Shown: positions 29,712 to 39,439 of the stretch, in pieces
How positions within the stretch are numbered: position 1 is the stretch's first letter
How the letters are laid out: every line of letters starts with the position of its first letter
Source: a virus
Taxonomy: Duplodnaviria; Caudoviricetes
Length of the DNA: 64,000 nt
Strand: one strand, 5' to 3'
IMG/VR virus record: IMGVR_UViG_3300044767_000023
Coordinates: 29,692 to 93,691 of that record
Program-made: the position numbers and the translations under genes
The notes under the pieces: generated by a model
What the model was told of the DNA's origin: nothing
The model's database searches: none
Seen by the model: only the letters and a program-made list of their open reading frames with translations

Positions 29712-29736
29712 AAAAAAGCCCCGGACGAACCGGGGC
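29712..29736 (-). terminator. Rho-independent terminator
   Basis: GCCCCGG-TTCGT-CCGGGGC-TTTTTT. Confidence 0.85.
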
Positions 29737-29768
29737 CTGTGCTTAGGTGCTGAAATGAGTTGCGGGCT

Positions 29769-29975
29769 TTATCCGACCGGAGCCTGCCCGTAACAATCGT
29801 AGCAAGGGCAAACCGCATTGCCGTGGACTAGGCTGGAAGCGTGCCACACCGCGGCCTTGCCTCCACTCTGGTCGGTCTCGTAACACAGCCTTGCGACCGC
29901 CTTGGCGTTCTCTTCGCTAATGTCGCGAATGCTGCACTTAGCTAGATAGATCCAACCTTCAAAGGTACGGCTCAT
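29769..29975 (-). CDS. Small hypothetical protein (C-terminal CPCxxC)
   Basis: ATGA overlap with the upstream ORF. Confidence 0.6.
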   Translation of the reverse strand: MSRTFEGWIYLAKCSIRDISEENAKAVARLCYETDQSGGKAAVWHASSLVHGNAVCPCYDCYGQAPVG

Positions 29976-30148
29976 TTGAGCACCACCTTTTCCACAACGC
30001 TGCGATCATCCAAGGCAGCGCGATACTCATTGATCGCGCCGGCGAAGCGCGGGTCCAAGGCATCCAGCTGCTCCAGCTGTTGGCGCGCCAACTCCACACG
30101 CGCCTGGGCCTGCAGGATGCGGTCGATGCGAGTAATCCTCCGGGTCAT
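29972..30148 (-). CDS. Small hypothetical protein
   Basis: GGAGG RBS; ATGA overlap. Confidence 0.6.
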   Translation of the reverse strand: MTRRITRIDRILQAQARVELARQQLEQLDALDPRFAGAINEYRAALDDRSVVEKVVLK

Positions 30149-30327
30149 CGCACGGCCTCCATCAACCGGGCTTCGCCACCGTGGCGAGCGGCGTAGGCGA
30201 GGGCGCGCTGCTCGGTAATCCCGAACATACGCTGCGAAAGGTGCGGGCCGATCCACTGCCAGTTGGCCGGGGCGGTCTGCATCGCCTCGGCGAGGGCGCG
30301 GAACTGGAGAAGGGAAGCTTCGGTCAT
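30145..30327 (-). CDS. Small hypothetical protein
   Basis: AACGGAG RBS. Confidence 0.65.
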   Translation of the reverse strand: MTEASLLQFRALAEAMQTAPANWQWIGPHLSQRMFGITEQRALAYAARHGGEARLMEAVR

Positions 30328-30359
30328 GTTCGTTACTCCGTTTGAGTTGTATTGCAGGA

Positions 30360-30566
30360 TTAGAATTTGAATGCGATGCGCTGCTCTAGAGCGCGAAGGT
30401 CTTGACCATTTTTCTTGACTGTCTCGCGACGAGCGCGAATTTCCGCGTCAGCGCGCACGAATGCATGGTGCCACTTGTTGCGCTCGGTCCGGGTTAGGCG
30501 CTGGTACAGCATCTCGTTGGCGAACGACCGGTTGGCGATTAGGTCTTGCATGGAGAGGTGGGTCAT
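30360..30566 (-). CDS. Small hypothetical protein
   Basis: AACGGAG RBS downstream of a promoter. Confidence 0.65.
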   Translation of the reverse strand: MTHLSMQDLIANRSFANEMLYQRLTRTERNKWHHAFVRADAEIRARRETVKKNGQDLRALEQRIAFKF

Positions 30567-30606
30567 TTCCGTTACTCCGTTTCCGTTCTGCGTTCCTAAC
30601 TTGAGT

Positions 30607-30634
30607 AAGATAGCTCATTGCCAATCTAAGTCAA
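30607..30634 (-). promoter_or_regulatory. Sigma70-type promoter of the TTGACTTA family
   Basis: TTGACT-N16-TATCTT followed by ACTCAAGT, as at 60029-60056. Confidence 0.75.
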
Positions 30635-30842
30635 CGGAAAATATGACTCACTTTCTTTCTTTGTTTACTCATTTGGGTAATATTATGACCTGCGCCTGCA
30701 AAGCCGGGGGCATTGGTCCCAAAGGAAAAGGCCCCAACCGGGGCCTTCGCGGGATCGGCCTAAGAGGGCCTAGGACGCGATTTGGCCCGGGGGCAGGTAG
30801 GCGAGCCTAGGGCAGGCCTAGAAAACGCTCCTAGGCCTTGCC

Positions 30843-31175
30843 CTAGGCGCTCCCGGTCGTATCCGGGGGCACCGGAAGCGACCCTATCCGGGGGGCTCCT
30901 GGCTCTGGCTCGTCCTCGTCTTCGTCCTCGTCTTCCGCTTCCTCGGGCCTAGCCGGGTCCGGCTCGAACACCGAGATCATATCATTCAGCACTTCGAGGG
31001 TTACCTTGGCGTTTGTGGACCGCAGGACGGACCGGGCGGTCTTGAGCGCAGTAACGTAGGCAGCATCGTAGGCGGCCCGGGCGGCAGCCCCCACCGCGTG
31101 GTCCATCACGCTCGTTAAGGCATTCTCGTCATTTTCGGTTTCTTCTTCTAGGCCTAGGTGTGCCTCGTTCATCAT
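30843..31175 (-). CDS. Acidic hypothetical protein
   Basis: GGAGG RBS before MMNEAHLG. Confidence 0.6.
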   Translation of the reverse strand: MMNEAHLGLEEETENDENALTSVMDHAVGAAARAAYDAAYVTALKTARSVLRSTNAKVTLEVLNDMISVFEPDPARPEEAEDEDEDEDEPEPGAPRIGSLPVPPDTTGSA

Positions 31176-31365
31176 AGTCGGTTCCTCCTTCTGGCTTGGG
31201 CGGGTGGATAATATCCTGCAGCTCAATGGCGAGCCGCTCCAGCTCCTGCGACTCGTTGATCTGGCCTTTGCGTCGCAGCCGGGCGGCGAGGGCAAAGAGC
31301 GCGAGCGCAGTCGAGGCCATCGCCTCCCTAAGGTGCCGGACCTCGTGGGTCACGTCATCGGTCAT
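31129..31365 (-). CDS. Hypothetical protein
   Basis: Co-oriented ORF. Confidence 0.5.
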   Translation of the reverse strand: MTDDVTHEVRHLREAMASTALALFALAARLRRKGQINESQELERLAIELQDIIHPPKPEGGTDYDERGTPRPRRRNRK

Positions 31366-31479
31366 GGTAACGCCGCCGGCGTCGAAATGGGAGCAGCAAG
31401 TCCAGCAGTTCGTCCCAGCAGATCATAACCTGATCTAGGAAACCGTAGGCCACATCAAATAGGCCAGCGAACCAATCCA

Positions 31480-32274
31480 TCACTCTACCTCGGCCCAAAG
31501 ATGTGTTTGCAGGGAAAGCCGGAAGCCGTACTTCATCGCGAGCGCAGCGGCGTAGCGATGATTGGCTTTGCAGCGCTGGAAGTCGAGCGGCGAGCCGAGC
31601 GTGTCCCAGAACCCTACCGGCTCGTCCTTGGAAAATGGCACGCGGCGATAGTGGTTGATCGGGCTAACGTAGCACGGATGGCCAGCACCGCGGCTAAGAT
31701 ATTCGAAGGCGAATGGCGGCACCTTGTGATAGGGGGACTTCTCGTCGGCATCCACCAAGATTTTAAGGCAGCTGGAAGCCTTCAGCAGCTTCGGCTTGAT
31801 GACCGGATACTCGAGCCGCTGATTGACCTTGGGCGAGAGCACCACCATCAGCCATTCCTGATGCCGGCTGGTCACCGTATCCATTTCGTCTGACCAAAAA
31901 TAGCCGTTGGTTTCGATCTGCACTAGCCAACCATGATTGAGGAAATACTCCACCAGCCGGAATGGATTTTGCAGCAGCGGCTCGCCTCCGGTCAGCACCA
32001 GGATTTTGCGCTTGCCGAGCGCGAAGTCTTCAGCCTCGGTTAGCAGATCGCAGATGCGGCGCACCTTGCCTTCCTTCAGCTTGAAGTCGGTGTCGCACCA
32101 TTCGCAGCTGTGCTTAGCTCCCAGATTGCACCCGGCTAGGCGCAGGAAGACCGCAAACTGTCCGGCGAGCGGTCCCTCGCCCTGCAGAGTGGGGAACATC
32201 TTGGTGACGAGGACTTCGCTTTCGGTCTGGGTGTAGTCTTTGACCTTGGCGTTGACGTCCTGATTTATAATCAT
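31480..32274 (-). CDS. queE: 7-carboxy-7-deazaguanine synthase (radical SAM)
   Basis: TLQGEG...VFLRLAGCNL....CEWCDTDF, LTGGEP, ETNG, SPK, LSLQTH. Confidence 0.93.
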   Translation of the reverse strand: MIINQDVNAKVKDYTQTESEVLVTKMFPTLQGEGPLAGQFAVFLRLAGCNLGAKHSCEWCDTDFKLKEGKVRRICDLLTEAEDFALGKRKILVLTGGEPLLQNPFRLVEYFLNHGWLVQIETNGYFWSDEMDTVTSRHQEWLMVVLSPKVNQRLEYPVIKPKLLKASSCLKILVDADEKSPYHKVPPFAFEYLSRGAGHPCYVSPINHYRRVPFSKDEPVGFWDTLGSPLDFQRCKANHRYAAALAMKYGFRLSLQTHLWAEVE

Positions 32275-32615
32275 GGCCGCTCTCGCTCCAATCGTTCTAG
32301 GCGCTCGTTGATGCGCGCGATCCAGACGTGGAAATAGGACCACGGCACCGGCTCGGAAAGCACTCTAGCGTTCTGGGAAGTTTCCAGACCAAGCATGAGA
32401 CGGATATCCCGTAATGCCGTTTTTACTTCGTCGAGCGTCTGCACGTTGGTTTGGATCGCCTGCGTGCTGGCTTCGATCGTATTCACGCTGCGAGTCACGC
32501 GGGTTTGGATTGCATCTTGGACTCGCCTTAGCTCCGCCCGCAATGCGTCTAGCTCCTGCATCGATGCGAACTCGAGCGGGCGAGTAACCCTAGGCCGTCT
32601 GGGCGGGCGCGGCAT
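32271..32615 (-). CDS. Coiled-coil hypothetical protein
   Basis: Tight packing with neighbouring genes. Confidence 0.55.
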   Translation of the reverse strand: MPRPPRRPRVTRPLEFASMQELDALRAELRRVQDAIQTRVTRSVNTIEASTQAIQTNVQTLDEVKTALRDIRLMLGLETSQNARVLSEPVPWSYFHVWIARINERLERLERERP

Positions 32616-32616
32616 C

Positions 32617-32862
32617 CTAGACCTTCGTAATTAGAACGGCCACTCGATCGCCTACCTTGAGCGAGGTTGGTGCGGTGTGCCCGACATAGAGGTATTCCAT
32701 ACTGTCCTCCAGCAGCAGGTAGAAGCCGAGGTCTTCGGTCTCGGTCTTGACGTCATCGCCTTCCTTCCAGGCCCGCAGCACCCGGCTCTTTTGCTCGATC
32801 TTCTGCACCCGGCTGTAGAACTTAATCATGGGCGGCGCGGAGGGCCTGATAGAAGGTTTCAT
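32617..32862 (-). CDS. Hypothetical protein
   Basis: Co-oriented ORF; start uncertain. Confidence 0.55.
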   Translation of the reverse strand: MKPSIRPSAPPMIKFYSRVQKIEQKSRVLRAWKEGDDVKTETEDLGFYLLLEDSMEYLYVGHTAPTSLKVGDRVAVLITKV

Positions 32863-33112
32863 CCGCCCTCAAAGCTGCGGCTTGCGCGTCGTGTAGCGCG
32901 TTATATTCGGCGTCCAATTTCATTGACCAGTTGCCACGTCCTCTCTCAGCGCGGACTAATTCAAGCCGTTGGTTATAAGCTTCGGAAGCCTTGTGATAGG
33001 CGTCGTGAGCCATGAACCACTCGCGTTGTTGTTCATCGAGCTTCTGTGCGAGGTTGCGCTCGCGGCGCAAGCTATCAATCGTATCCGTCAGTGGAGGATC
33101 AGAACCGTTCAT
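32822..33112 (-). CDS. Hypothetical protein
   Basis: ATGA overlaps. Confidence 0.55.
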   Translation of the reverse strand: MNGSDPPLTDTIDSLRRERNLAQKLDEQQREWFMAHDAYHKASEAYNQRLELVRAERGRGNWSMKLDAEYNALHDAQAAALRADETFYQALRAAHD

Positions 33113-33462
33113 GGCTTGGCCTGCATATATTTTCTGAGCTTAGGGCCCTTCTCGTGGTAGCCCCTTTGGGCTTCCTGCTGATCGACCAATCCGCACTCGC
33201 TTAGTAAGTCCCAGACGTAGCACATCTGGCCGTACTCACGCGACATGCGCTGGATATTGTTATCATCATGCCCAGGTTGGATTTGCTTGGCACCGAAGCG
33301 CTGGATTTTGCAGGCTCGTTGGCCGACCTCGAGCATTTCCTCGATCAAGCAAGTAAGCAGCTCGTCTTCGTAAGGAGTAGGAAGCGCCTCGGGAGTAATC
33401 CAGCGCCCGTCCGTTTCGGCGATATGAAGCGCATCCGCTTCCTTGTCCGACATCTTAGTCAT
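33109..33462 (-). CDS. MazG-like nucleotide pyrophosphohydrolase
   Basis: LIEEMLEVGQRACKIQRFG...REYG resembles the EE..E....K..RFG motif. Confidence 0.55.
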   Translation of the reverse strand: MTKMSDKEADALHIAETDGRWITPEALPTPYEDELLTCLIEEMLEVGQRACKIQRFGAKQIQPGHDDNNIQRMSREYGQMCYVWDLLSECGLVDQQEAQRGYHEKGPKLRKYMQAKP

Positions 33463-33665
33463 CGTGCATCCTTTCCAGGGCAGTTGTCGCCGCGCGCGGT
33501 GATGGTCTTGCTCGCGACGCGAGCATCAAGGTGCTTACGCAGGGCGCTATGCTTCTCACACGACCAGCCATCGGCGGCGATCGCTAGATAACGGCAGGTG
33601 AAGTAGCCTTTGCCAATCTTGCAAACTTCCTTAGTCCACGCGTCCGTGGGATAATCTTTTCTCAT
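33459..33665 (-). CDS. Cys-rich hypothetical protein
   Basis: CKIG....CRYL....C...ARGDNCPG. Confidence 0.6.
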   Translation of the reverse strand: MRKDYPTDAWTKEVCKIGKGYFTCRYLAIAADGWSCEKHSALRKHLDARVASKTITARGDNCPGKDAR

Positions 33666-35497
33666 AGGTGTGCACCATTGGCGTCCAGTGTGACCACGAT
33701 CGAGTTAGCAAACCGGCTCGACTGTACCGCAGAATGGTCGGTGTAGTAAATCTGCATCTGACGCTGCGACGCCCGGTCGGCTAGCGCGTCCACGATATCA
33801 CACACGCCACGCGAAGTGATCGACCTTGACGGCTCGTCGAGTATTTCCATCGACGGCCTAACTCCGGCGCGCTCCAGTAGCACGTCCGACAACGCCAGCG
33901 AACCAATCAAGCGCAGCCGCTGCTGCTGCCCACCCGACCAGCTTTCGAACCGCACCGGGCCGGAGTTATGCGGCGAGATTATTTCCACGTTCAGGGCCCG
34001 GCTCACGTTGCCGGATTGAGTCTCGCGTTCGATGCTATAGCGGATCGCCCAACCCATCAAGCCAAACTGGTCTAGCAATGCATTACTGGCCACTTCTAGC
34101 TCCAACAGGACTTCCTCGATCACGAATAGCCGGACATCCTTGAAGCCCTTGACCCAAAACGCGGTGCGTGCCCGATCCCGGGTCTTGGCCTCAATCTCTT
34201 CCTGGGCTCCACGGATATTCTCCTTGGCCTGAGCTCGCTGAGAACGCAGCTGCGCCAGCTGAAACTCGAACGGGTTCTCTTCGCGCTCGCGCCGGGACTT
34301 GGTGACCTTGGTCTGCTCGATCTTAGCCTCCAGCTGGGCAAGCTGGGGATCAAGCGCGATCATGCGGTCATTGGCAGCATCAGCCTTGCGCTGGAACTCT
34401 AAGGCGCTTTCCTTGAGCGTGGCCAGCTGCGCGTGCAGGTCGGAGATGGCGGAGAGGGTGCCAGCACTGACGCCGAGCTCGATTGCGGCCTTCAGTGTGT
34501 CACGCTTCTGCTTGAGCCGCTTGCGGTGCTCGCCTAGGCCTTGCGCGGTCATCTGCTGGCCGCAGGTAGGGCAGGTGTCGCCATCAGCAAGTTCACGCAC
34601 CAGTTCAGCTCGTATCTCCGTCAGCTCAGTGCGCTTGGCGGCCAGCTCCCGTTCCTCCTGCTGTTGCTGCGCGGTAGCGAGCTCGAGATATTCCTGCAGT
34701 TGGGTCTTGTGCGCGCGCTGGGCCCGGATTTCGGTCTCGGCACTATCGTATTCGAGGTCAGCCTTGTCGCGCTCGGAGCGCAGCGAGGTCACTGATTTCT
34801 CCAGCCGCTTGACCTCGGCGATGGCGTTCAAGTCGTCTTGGAAGCGCGTCGTCTCCCAGCGATCGTGCTCCACTTTGGTTTCCTCAATCGAGGCCTTCAC
34901 CCGCTCCAGCTCGCCCTGCCCTTGCCGGACGGCCTCTTCAAGCCGGATCAGAGCGCGGTCTAGCTCCTTCGTCAGTTCAGCTGCCTTGCTGCTGCGCCGC
35001 TCCCACTTTTCGAGATCAAGAACGGTTGAGAACAGATCGAGCTTGTCGCGGGGCGGGAGCTCAAGGAAAAGCGGCCGGCCTTGGCCCATCAGGATCGTGT
35101 TGGTAAACAAATCGAAGCCCATGCCAAGCGTATTGTCGATGCGGTCCTGGCTTACAATCTCGCCGTCAAGCGCAAGGCGGTTAGGAAAGGTGGTGCGGGT
35201 CACGCGGTGGTGCGCCTCGTCGCAACGGAATAAGAGAGTGACGCGGGTCTCGCGCGCTCCCGTCCACGGCTTGATGTCGGGATTGCGTAGGTTGTCCACG
35301 GTCTTGCCGTACAGGCACCAAATGAGTGCATCCCAGAGCGAGGACTTGCCGGCGCCGTTGGAGTGCAGGCTAGGCTCCAACACATTCTTGCCGGCAACAA
35401 AATGCAGGCCGAGGCCTTGCGAGGCTAGATCGAGCTTCACCGGGCCTTGGAAGGCCTTGAAGTTGCGGATGACCAGGCGGCGGAAGCTCAGGTTCAT
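33662..35497 (-). CDS. SbcC/Rad50/gp46-like SMC ATPase
   Basis: NGAGKSS Walker A, coiled coil with CPTC zinc hook, SGGQ signature, LDEP. Confidence 0.93.
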   Translation of the reverse strand: MNLSFRRLVIRNFKAFQGPVKLDLASQGLGLHFVAGKNVLEPSLHSNGAGKSSLWDALIWCLYGKTVDNLRNPDIKPWTGARETRVTLLFRCDEAHHRVTRTTFPNRLALDGEIVSQDRIDNTLGMGFDLFTNTILMGQGRPLFLELPPRDKLDLFSTVLDLEKWERRSSKAAELTKELDRALIRLEEAVRQGQGELERVKASIEETKVEHDRWETTRFQDDLNAIAEVKRLEKSVTSLRSERDKADLEYDSAETEIRAQRAHKTQLQEYLELATAQQQQEERELAAKRTELTEIRAELVRELADGDTCPTCGQQMTAQGLGEHRKRLKQKRDTLKAAIELGVSAGTLSAISDLHAQLATLKESALEFQRKADAANDRMIALDPQLAQLEAKIEQTKVTKSRREREENPFEFQLAQLRSQRAQAKENIRGAQEEIEAKTRDRARTAFWVKGFKDVRLFVIEEVLLELEVASNALLDQFGLMGWAIRYSIERETQSGNVSRALNVEIISPHNSGPVRFESWSGGQQQRLRLIGSLALSDVLLERAGVRPSMEILDEPSRSITSRGVCDIVDALADRASQRQMQIYYTDHSAVQSSRFANSIVVTLDANGAHL

Positions 35498-35745
35498 GGG
35501 ACAGGCCCATCGGTGAAGCCCCAAGCTTGTCCATCAACCGTGACGATGTAAGTGTCCCATCCTATGCGATCATCGCGGCCATAATACTCAACTTTTGTGT
35601 TGGCCTCCGTCGGGAGCTTATCAGGTGGATACCAACTCTCAACCTCGGCGCGCATGACGCGGATCAGCTCGCCAAAAGATTTGACCTCGTGGACTTCGCG
35701 CATTGCGTCGGCAAGCATGCCACGGTGCGGTCGATATTTCGTCAT
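35494..35745 (-). CDS. Hypothetical protein
   Basis: YRPHRG.L.DAM...D.RIGWDTYIV; lies between the sbcD- and sbcC-like genes. Confidence 0.65.
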   Translation of the reverse strand: MTKYRPHRGMLADAMREVHEVKSFGELIRVMRAEVESWYPPDKLPTEANTKVEYYGRDDRIGWDTYIVTVDGQAWGFTDGPVP

Positions 35746-36722
35746 AGCAGCAATCTCACTCCGGTTTTTGTGGTAGCCTTATCGAGGCCGGCTGCGCCAG
35801 CAAACTCACGGACCAGCTCTTCGTCGGTCTTGCGATCGGCTGCAACCGGGCGCGCCCCGGCTTTGTAGTGCACGCGCGGAAGGATTGAGTGGACCACAAA
35901 GCCCTTCTCGTTAGCCCAAGTGGCGATCGTCTGCCGCGTGGCAGGCCAGTCTGCGATGTCGCGGTACTTGAGATTGACTCGTATCTTTAGAATATCACCG
36001 GGCCTACAGTTAGGCGCCTTGCGTTCCTCCGGGTTGGCTAACTCGATGAGACGTTTCTGCGGGACCAGCTCGCCTACCGGGAACGAGGTCCAGGTTGTGA
36101 TCCAGTTATTTTTAGGTTCCACGAATAGCAAGCGCGGCTCGAAGTCGTCGCCAAAATCGATGCGGTAGGGAGCTCCCACGTACACGCATTTGCCTAACAT
36201 CTGGGGCACGTGGACGTCGCCGGAAATCACTAACGCTGCAGGGCAGGCCTCGAGCGGAATGCCGCGCAGCTTAGTGGCATTGCCGCCGAGCGCGCCCTCA
36301 AAGGTGTTGTGAGCGTAGGCCAGCGGCGCTTCCTTGCGGTCGCTCCAGTCGCGAACATGATCCGTTGTGTGCGGGAGGAATAGCGTGCCCTGCTTGCGGA
36401 TGACGTGCGAGACAAAGCGCAGGCCCGGGATGCGATTGAGGAAATGAAAAAACGGGTTGTTCTCGTCCTCGTAGTCGTGATTGCCCTTGAGGATGATGAT
36501 CTCGGCCACGTGATTGGTCAGCATATGGAAATGACCGACGACCTTATTCACTAGCCAAGCCGAGTGCCGGTCCTTCTCGTCGGTGATGTCGCCTACCACG
36601 ACCATGCGGTCAGGCTTGCGGTCAAGCAGCAGGCCCGGGAGCACGTCGGCGAAGAACTTATGGCGGTATGCGTCGCGCGGATTGTCGTTGAGATGGGGAT
36701 CACCAACGACTAGGTCGGTCAC
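35742..36722 (-). CDS. SbcD/Mre11/gp47-like metallophosphoesterase nuclease
   Basis: GDPH, GDITD, GNHD, SGDVH, YVGAP. Confidence 0.9.
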   Translation of the reverse strand: MTDLVVGDPHLNDNPRDAYRHKFFADVLPGLLLDRKPDRMVVVGDITDEKDRHSAWLVNKVVGHFHMLTNHVAEIIILKGNHDYEDENNPFFHFLNRIPGLRFVSHVIRKQGTLFLPHTTDHVRDWSDRKEAPLAYAHNTFEGALGGNATKLRGIPLEACPAALVISGDVHVPQMLGKCVYVGAPYRIDFGDDFEPRLLFVEPKNNWITTWTSFPVGELVPQKRLIELANPEERKAPNCRPGDILKIRVNLKYRDIADWPATRQTIATWANEKGFVVHSILPRVHYKAGARPVAADRKTDEELVREFAGAAGLDKATTKTGVRLLL

Positions 36723-36878
36723 GGCTGCGTTCCTTTTGGTGTATCGTGGAAGATATGGCAATGCCCGCAGTAACGATGGATAACGTCATTGATATTATGC
36801 GAACGCTTTTTGCAGCGATGGCAGGTAATCGAGTTGTCGCTATTTATTGTGTAGCCTAGACCTAGGCCGTTTTCGGCT

Positions 36879-37358
36879 TCAGTCGTAGGGGGCGGCAAGT
36901 AAGTCTTCGAACCTTGTGACATCGAAGCCCTCGGTTACAATGATTGGTGGAGCCCAATGCGCGACGTGGTTAGGACGGCTGATGACCAGCACCGGCCAGC
37001 CATTCTGCTTGCAGATAATCATCGGATCGCGATGGTACTTGCGCGCCTCGCTCCGCGCTAGCTTCCAGAACTCGTGCAGCTTGCCGAGTCCCTTGATGAG
37101 GAAGCCCTCAAGGTTGAGCGCCTTGACGTGCTTGCACTCCACAAACCACTGATCGGCGAAGGCATTACCCTCGGGCGCTACCGCGCAAATGTCGCCAGCC
37201 TGCCGGACCTTGCCGCGCGCTCGGGTTGCACGCCCTCCTGACATCGCACTGCGCCAGAAGCAATCCACCTTCTTGCCTTCGGTAACCCAGAGGGAGAGGC
37301 GGCGGCAAACTTCACGCTCGAACTGAGAGCCTTTCTGCTTGCCACCGCCCTTACGCAT
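36879..37358 (-). CDS. Holliday junction resolvase (PD-(D/E)xK)
   Basis: KGSQFER...RSAMSGG...GDI...VECK. Confidence 0.85.
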   Translation of the reverse strand: MRKGGGKQKGSQFEREVCRRLSLWVTEGKKVDCFWRSAMSGGRATRARGKVRQAGDICAVAPEGNAFADQWFVECKHVKALNLEGFLIKGLGKLHEFWKLARSEARKYHRDPMIICKQNGWPVLVISRPNHVAHWAPPIIVTEGFDVTRFEDLLAAPYD

Positions 37359-37372
37359 TACTCATACCTCAC

Positions 37373-37894
37373 TCAGTAGTCTGCGGGTTGCTCGTCATCC
37401 TGCATACGCCGCCGGTGATTGCCGTTACCATTCCGGCTAGGACGCTGTTGCCCTTCCCGCAGCATTTCCATCAAGGTGCCGGGAGCCCAGGTCTCACGTT
37501 TGACACCGGAGCCGCCAAGCAAGAACGACTTGGCCTTGATGTACCAGTAAGGCCCATGCCTCCCATCGCGCGGTTGAGCGTCGCCGATATGCCGCAGGAC
37601 GTTCTTGAGCGTTTCCCAAGCCAAAATCCGGGTTGGATTATCCGGATCGATTTGGGCCACATAGACGGCACGCATGCCGTCGCGGTGCGCTTGAGCGCCG
37701 GCGTCGGTATCGTATTCGCTCAGGGAGTAGTCGTTGCCTTTCTGGGATTTGACTAAACAGATCACCATTCGTCTTTCCCCAACGTGGACCATGACCGTAT
37801 GAATGCCGCTGAACCCATATTGCTCGAGGTCAGCTGCGTCCAGCGGTCGGTAGTTTTGATCCGTGAGGATACGTCGCAAGTCTGCTTTCACCAT
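37373..37894 (-). CDS. Hypothetical protein
   Basis: AAGGAG RBS. Confidence 0.7.
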   Translation of the reverse strand: MVKADLRRILTDQNYRPLDAADLEQYGFSGIHTVMVHVGERRMVICLVKSQKGNDYSLSEYDTDAGAQAHRDGMRAVYVAQIDPDNPTRILAWETLKNVLRHIGDAQPRDGRHGPYWYIKAKSFLLGGSGVKRETWAPGTLMEMLREGQQRPSRNGNGNHRRRMQDDEQPADY

Positions 37895-37974
37895 TTCAGT
37901 TCTCCTTCTACTAGGTTCTGCCCTAACGGTCGCATCGCCTTCCCCGGACAGTAAAAGGAAGGAAATTAGTTTCC

Positions 37975-38424
37975 CTAGGCGGCGTCGTCGTCGTTTCCTC
38001 CTCGCCGCCTTGGACGGCTTCGCTTCACCGGATTAGTGCTGGACACCAAGCGCAGATGCTTGCGGCTGTAGGTTATGCGTGGCCGTTTGAGTGGGAGATC
38101 GTAGGCGAGGTAGCGCTCCAGCTCGGCGGCGGTGATGCCACCGTTGCGCTGGAACTCAAGATATCTCGCCTTGAGCTCAGGATCGTGGGCAAGCAAGGCT
38201 TGCAGGTTTTTCAGATTGAGGTGGAGCCTACGCCGCTGCTGCTCGATGTCTTGCAGTAGCTCGACCAGCTCCTCGTCGTAGTCATAATTGTAGCGGCGCT
38301 TGCGCTTAGGGACATCATCCTCGTCTTCGTCATCACCATAGGCGACCGGCTTGCGCCGGTGTGAACGGATGCTGCCAACGTCCACATCATCCTCGTCTTC
38401 ATCGTCATCATCGAGAATACCCAT
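37975..38424 (-). CDS. Hypothetical protein with acidic/basic blocks
   Basis: GGAGG RBS; DDDDEDEDD and KRKRR tracts. Confidence 0.65.
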   Translation of the reverse strand: MGILDDDDEDEDDVDVGSIRSHRRKPVAYGDDEDEDDVPKRKRRYNYDYDEELVELLQDIEQQRRRLHLNLKNLQALLAHDPELKARYLEFQRNGGITAAELERYLAYDLPLKRPRITYSRKHLRLVSSTNPVKRSRPRRRGGNDDDAA

Positions 38425-38434
38425 AGTAGCCCTC

Positions 38435-39439
38435 CTAAAAGTCATATTTTCGATGCGTCGGAAGGAAGCTCTTTTCTACTTCGTACCAGCGCGACTCGAC
38501 GACGGTGTGTATATTGCGCGCAACTCTACGGTAGGTACCGTTGCTCTCCTTGGCAATCTCTCGCAGGAAGCCTTTGTAGTCAGACGGCACGCCCGCCTCG
38601 CCTAGTGACTTTGCCATTTTTAGCCACTCGCAGCAAGCCTCAAGATCGTCGACACCGTAGCCGAACCGGATCGCAAACTCGGCCTCGCGGAAAGGCAGCG
38701 CCACCTTGTTTTTCTCGCACTTGCCTTTGACCTTGACGCCCACCACCCGCTCGATGCCGCTTATGGTTCGCTTCAGCTGGCCGAGCTGGGCGAGGTAAAT
38801 CACTTGGCTGGCGTAGAAGTCGAGCGCGTGGCCTCCGCTGCGCGTAGTTTTCTTCATCATGAAAGTCGCGCCGATGTTGTCGCGTATCTGACTGACGATC
38901 ATCAGCGTGAGGCGGGCATCGTGGAGTGTGCCAGCAATGCGCCGGAACATCTCACTCATATTCTTGGCCTTCTTGGTCCCGTAGTTTCCCTTGTCCATGT
39001 CGCGCGCCATTTCCTCGCGATCGGATAGTGCGTCCAATGAGTCGAGGATATACAGGCAGCGTCCTTTGCGCTTCACGGTATCACTCAGGTCGTCGAACAT
39101 ATCCTCCACTGTGTCCAAGCGCTCCCGGCCAAAGTCCACACGCTCGATCGGCATACCGAGCGCAGCCGCATATGAGGGCAGGAAGGCGGCCTCGCTCTCC
39201 CGGTATTTGATCCGGGCGCTGGGGTACTTGAGAGCGAAGTTGGCGGCGGCCTCGATACAGAGCAGCGTCTTGCCGGTTGATTTATCCCCGACGATGTTGC
39301 TGACTAGGTTTTCTGCCCAGCCACCACCTAAGGCTAGGTCCAGCAGCTTAGATCCGGAGGAAATGAAGTCCACGTCTTGCTTCGGGCGGGAGAAGTAGTT
39401 CCTCCCGCCCGATGCGGCTTTGATGCGAGGTCTAATCAC
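38435..39439 (-). CDS. RecA/UvsX-like recombinase
   Basis: LDLALGGG, GDKSTGKT, LDSL, SQIR, SGG.AL.FYAS, KNKV..PF. Confidence 0.92.
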   Translation of the reverse strand: MIRPRIKAASGGRNYFSRPKQDVDFISSGSKLLDLALGGGWAENLVSNIVGDKSTGKTLLCIEAAANFALKYPSARIKYRESEAAFLPSYAAALGMPIERVDFGRERLDTVEDMFDDLSDTVKRKGRCLYILDSLDALSDREEMARDMDKGNYGTKKAKNMSEMFRRIAGTLHDARLTLMIVSQIRDNIGATFMMKKTTRSGGHALDFYASQVIYLAQLGQLKRTISGIERVVGVKVKGKCEKNKVALPFREAEFAIRFGYGVDDLEACCEWLKMAKSLGEAGVPSDYKGFLREIAKESNGTYRRVARNIHTVVESRWYEVEKSFLPTHRKYDF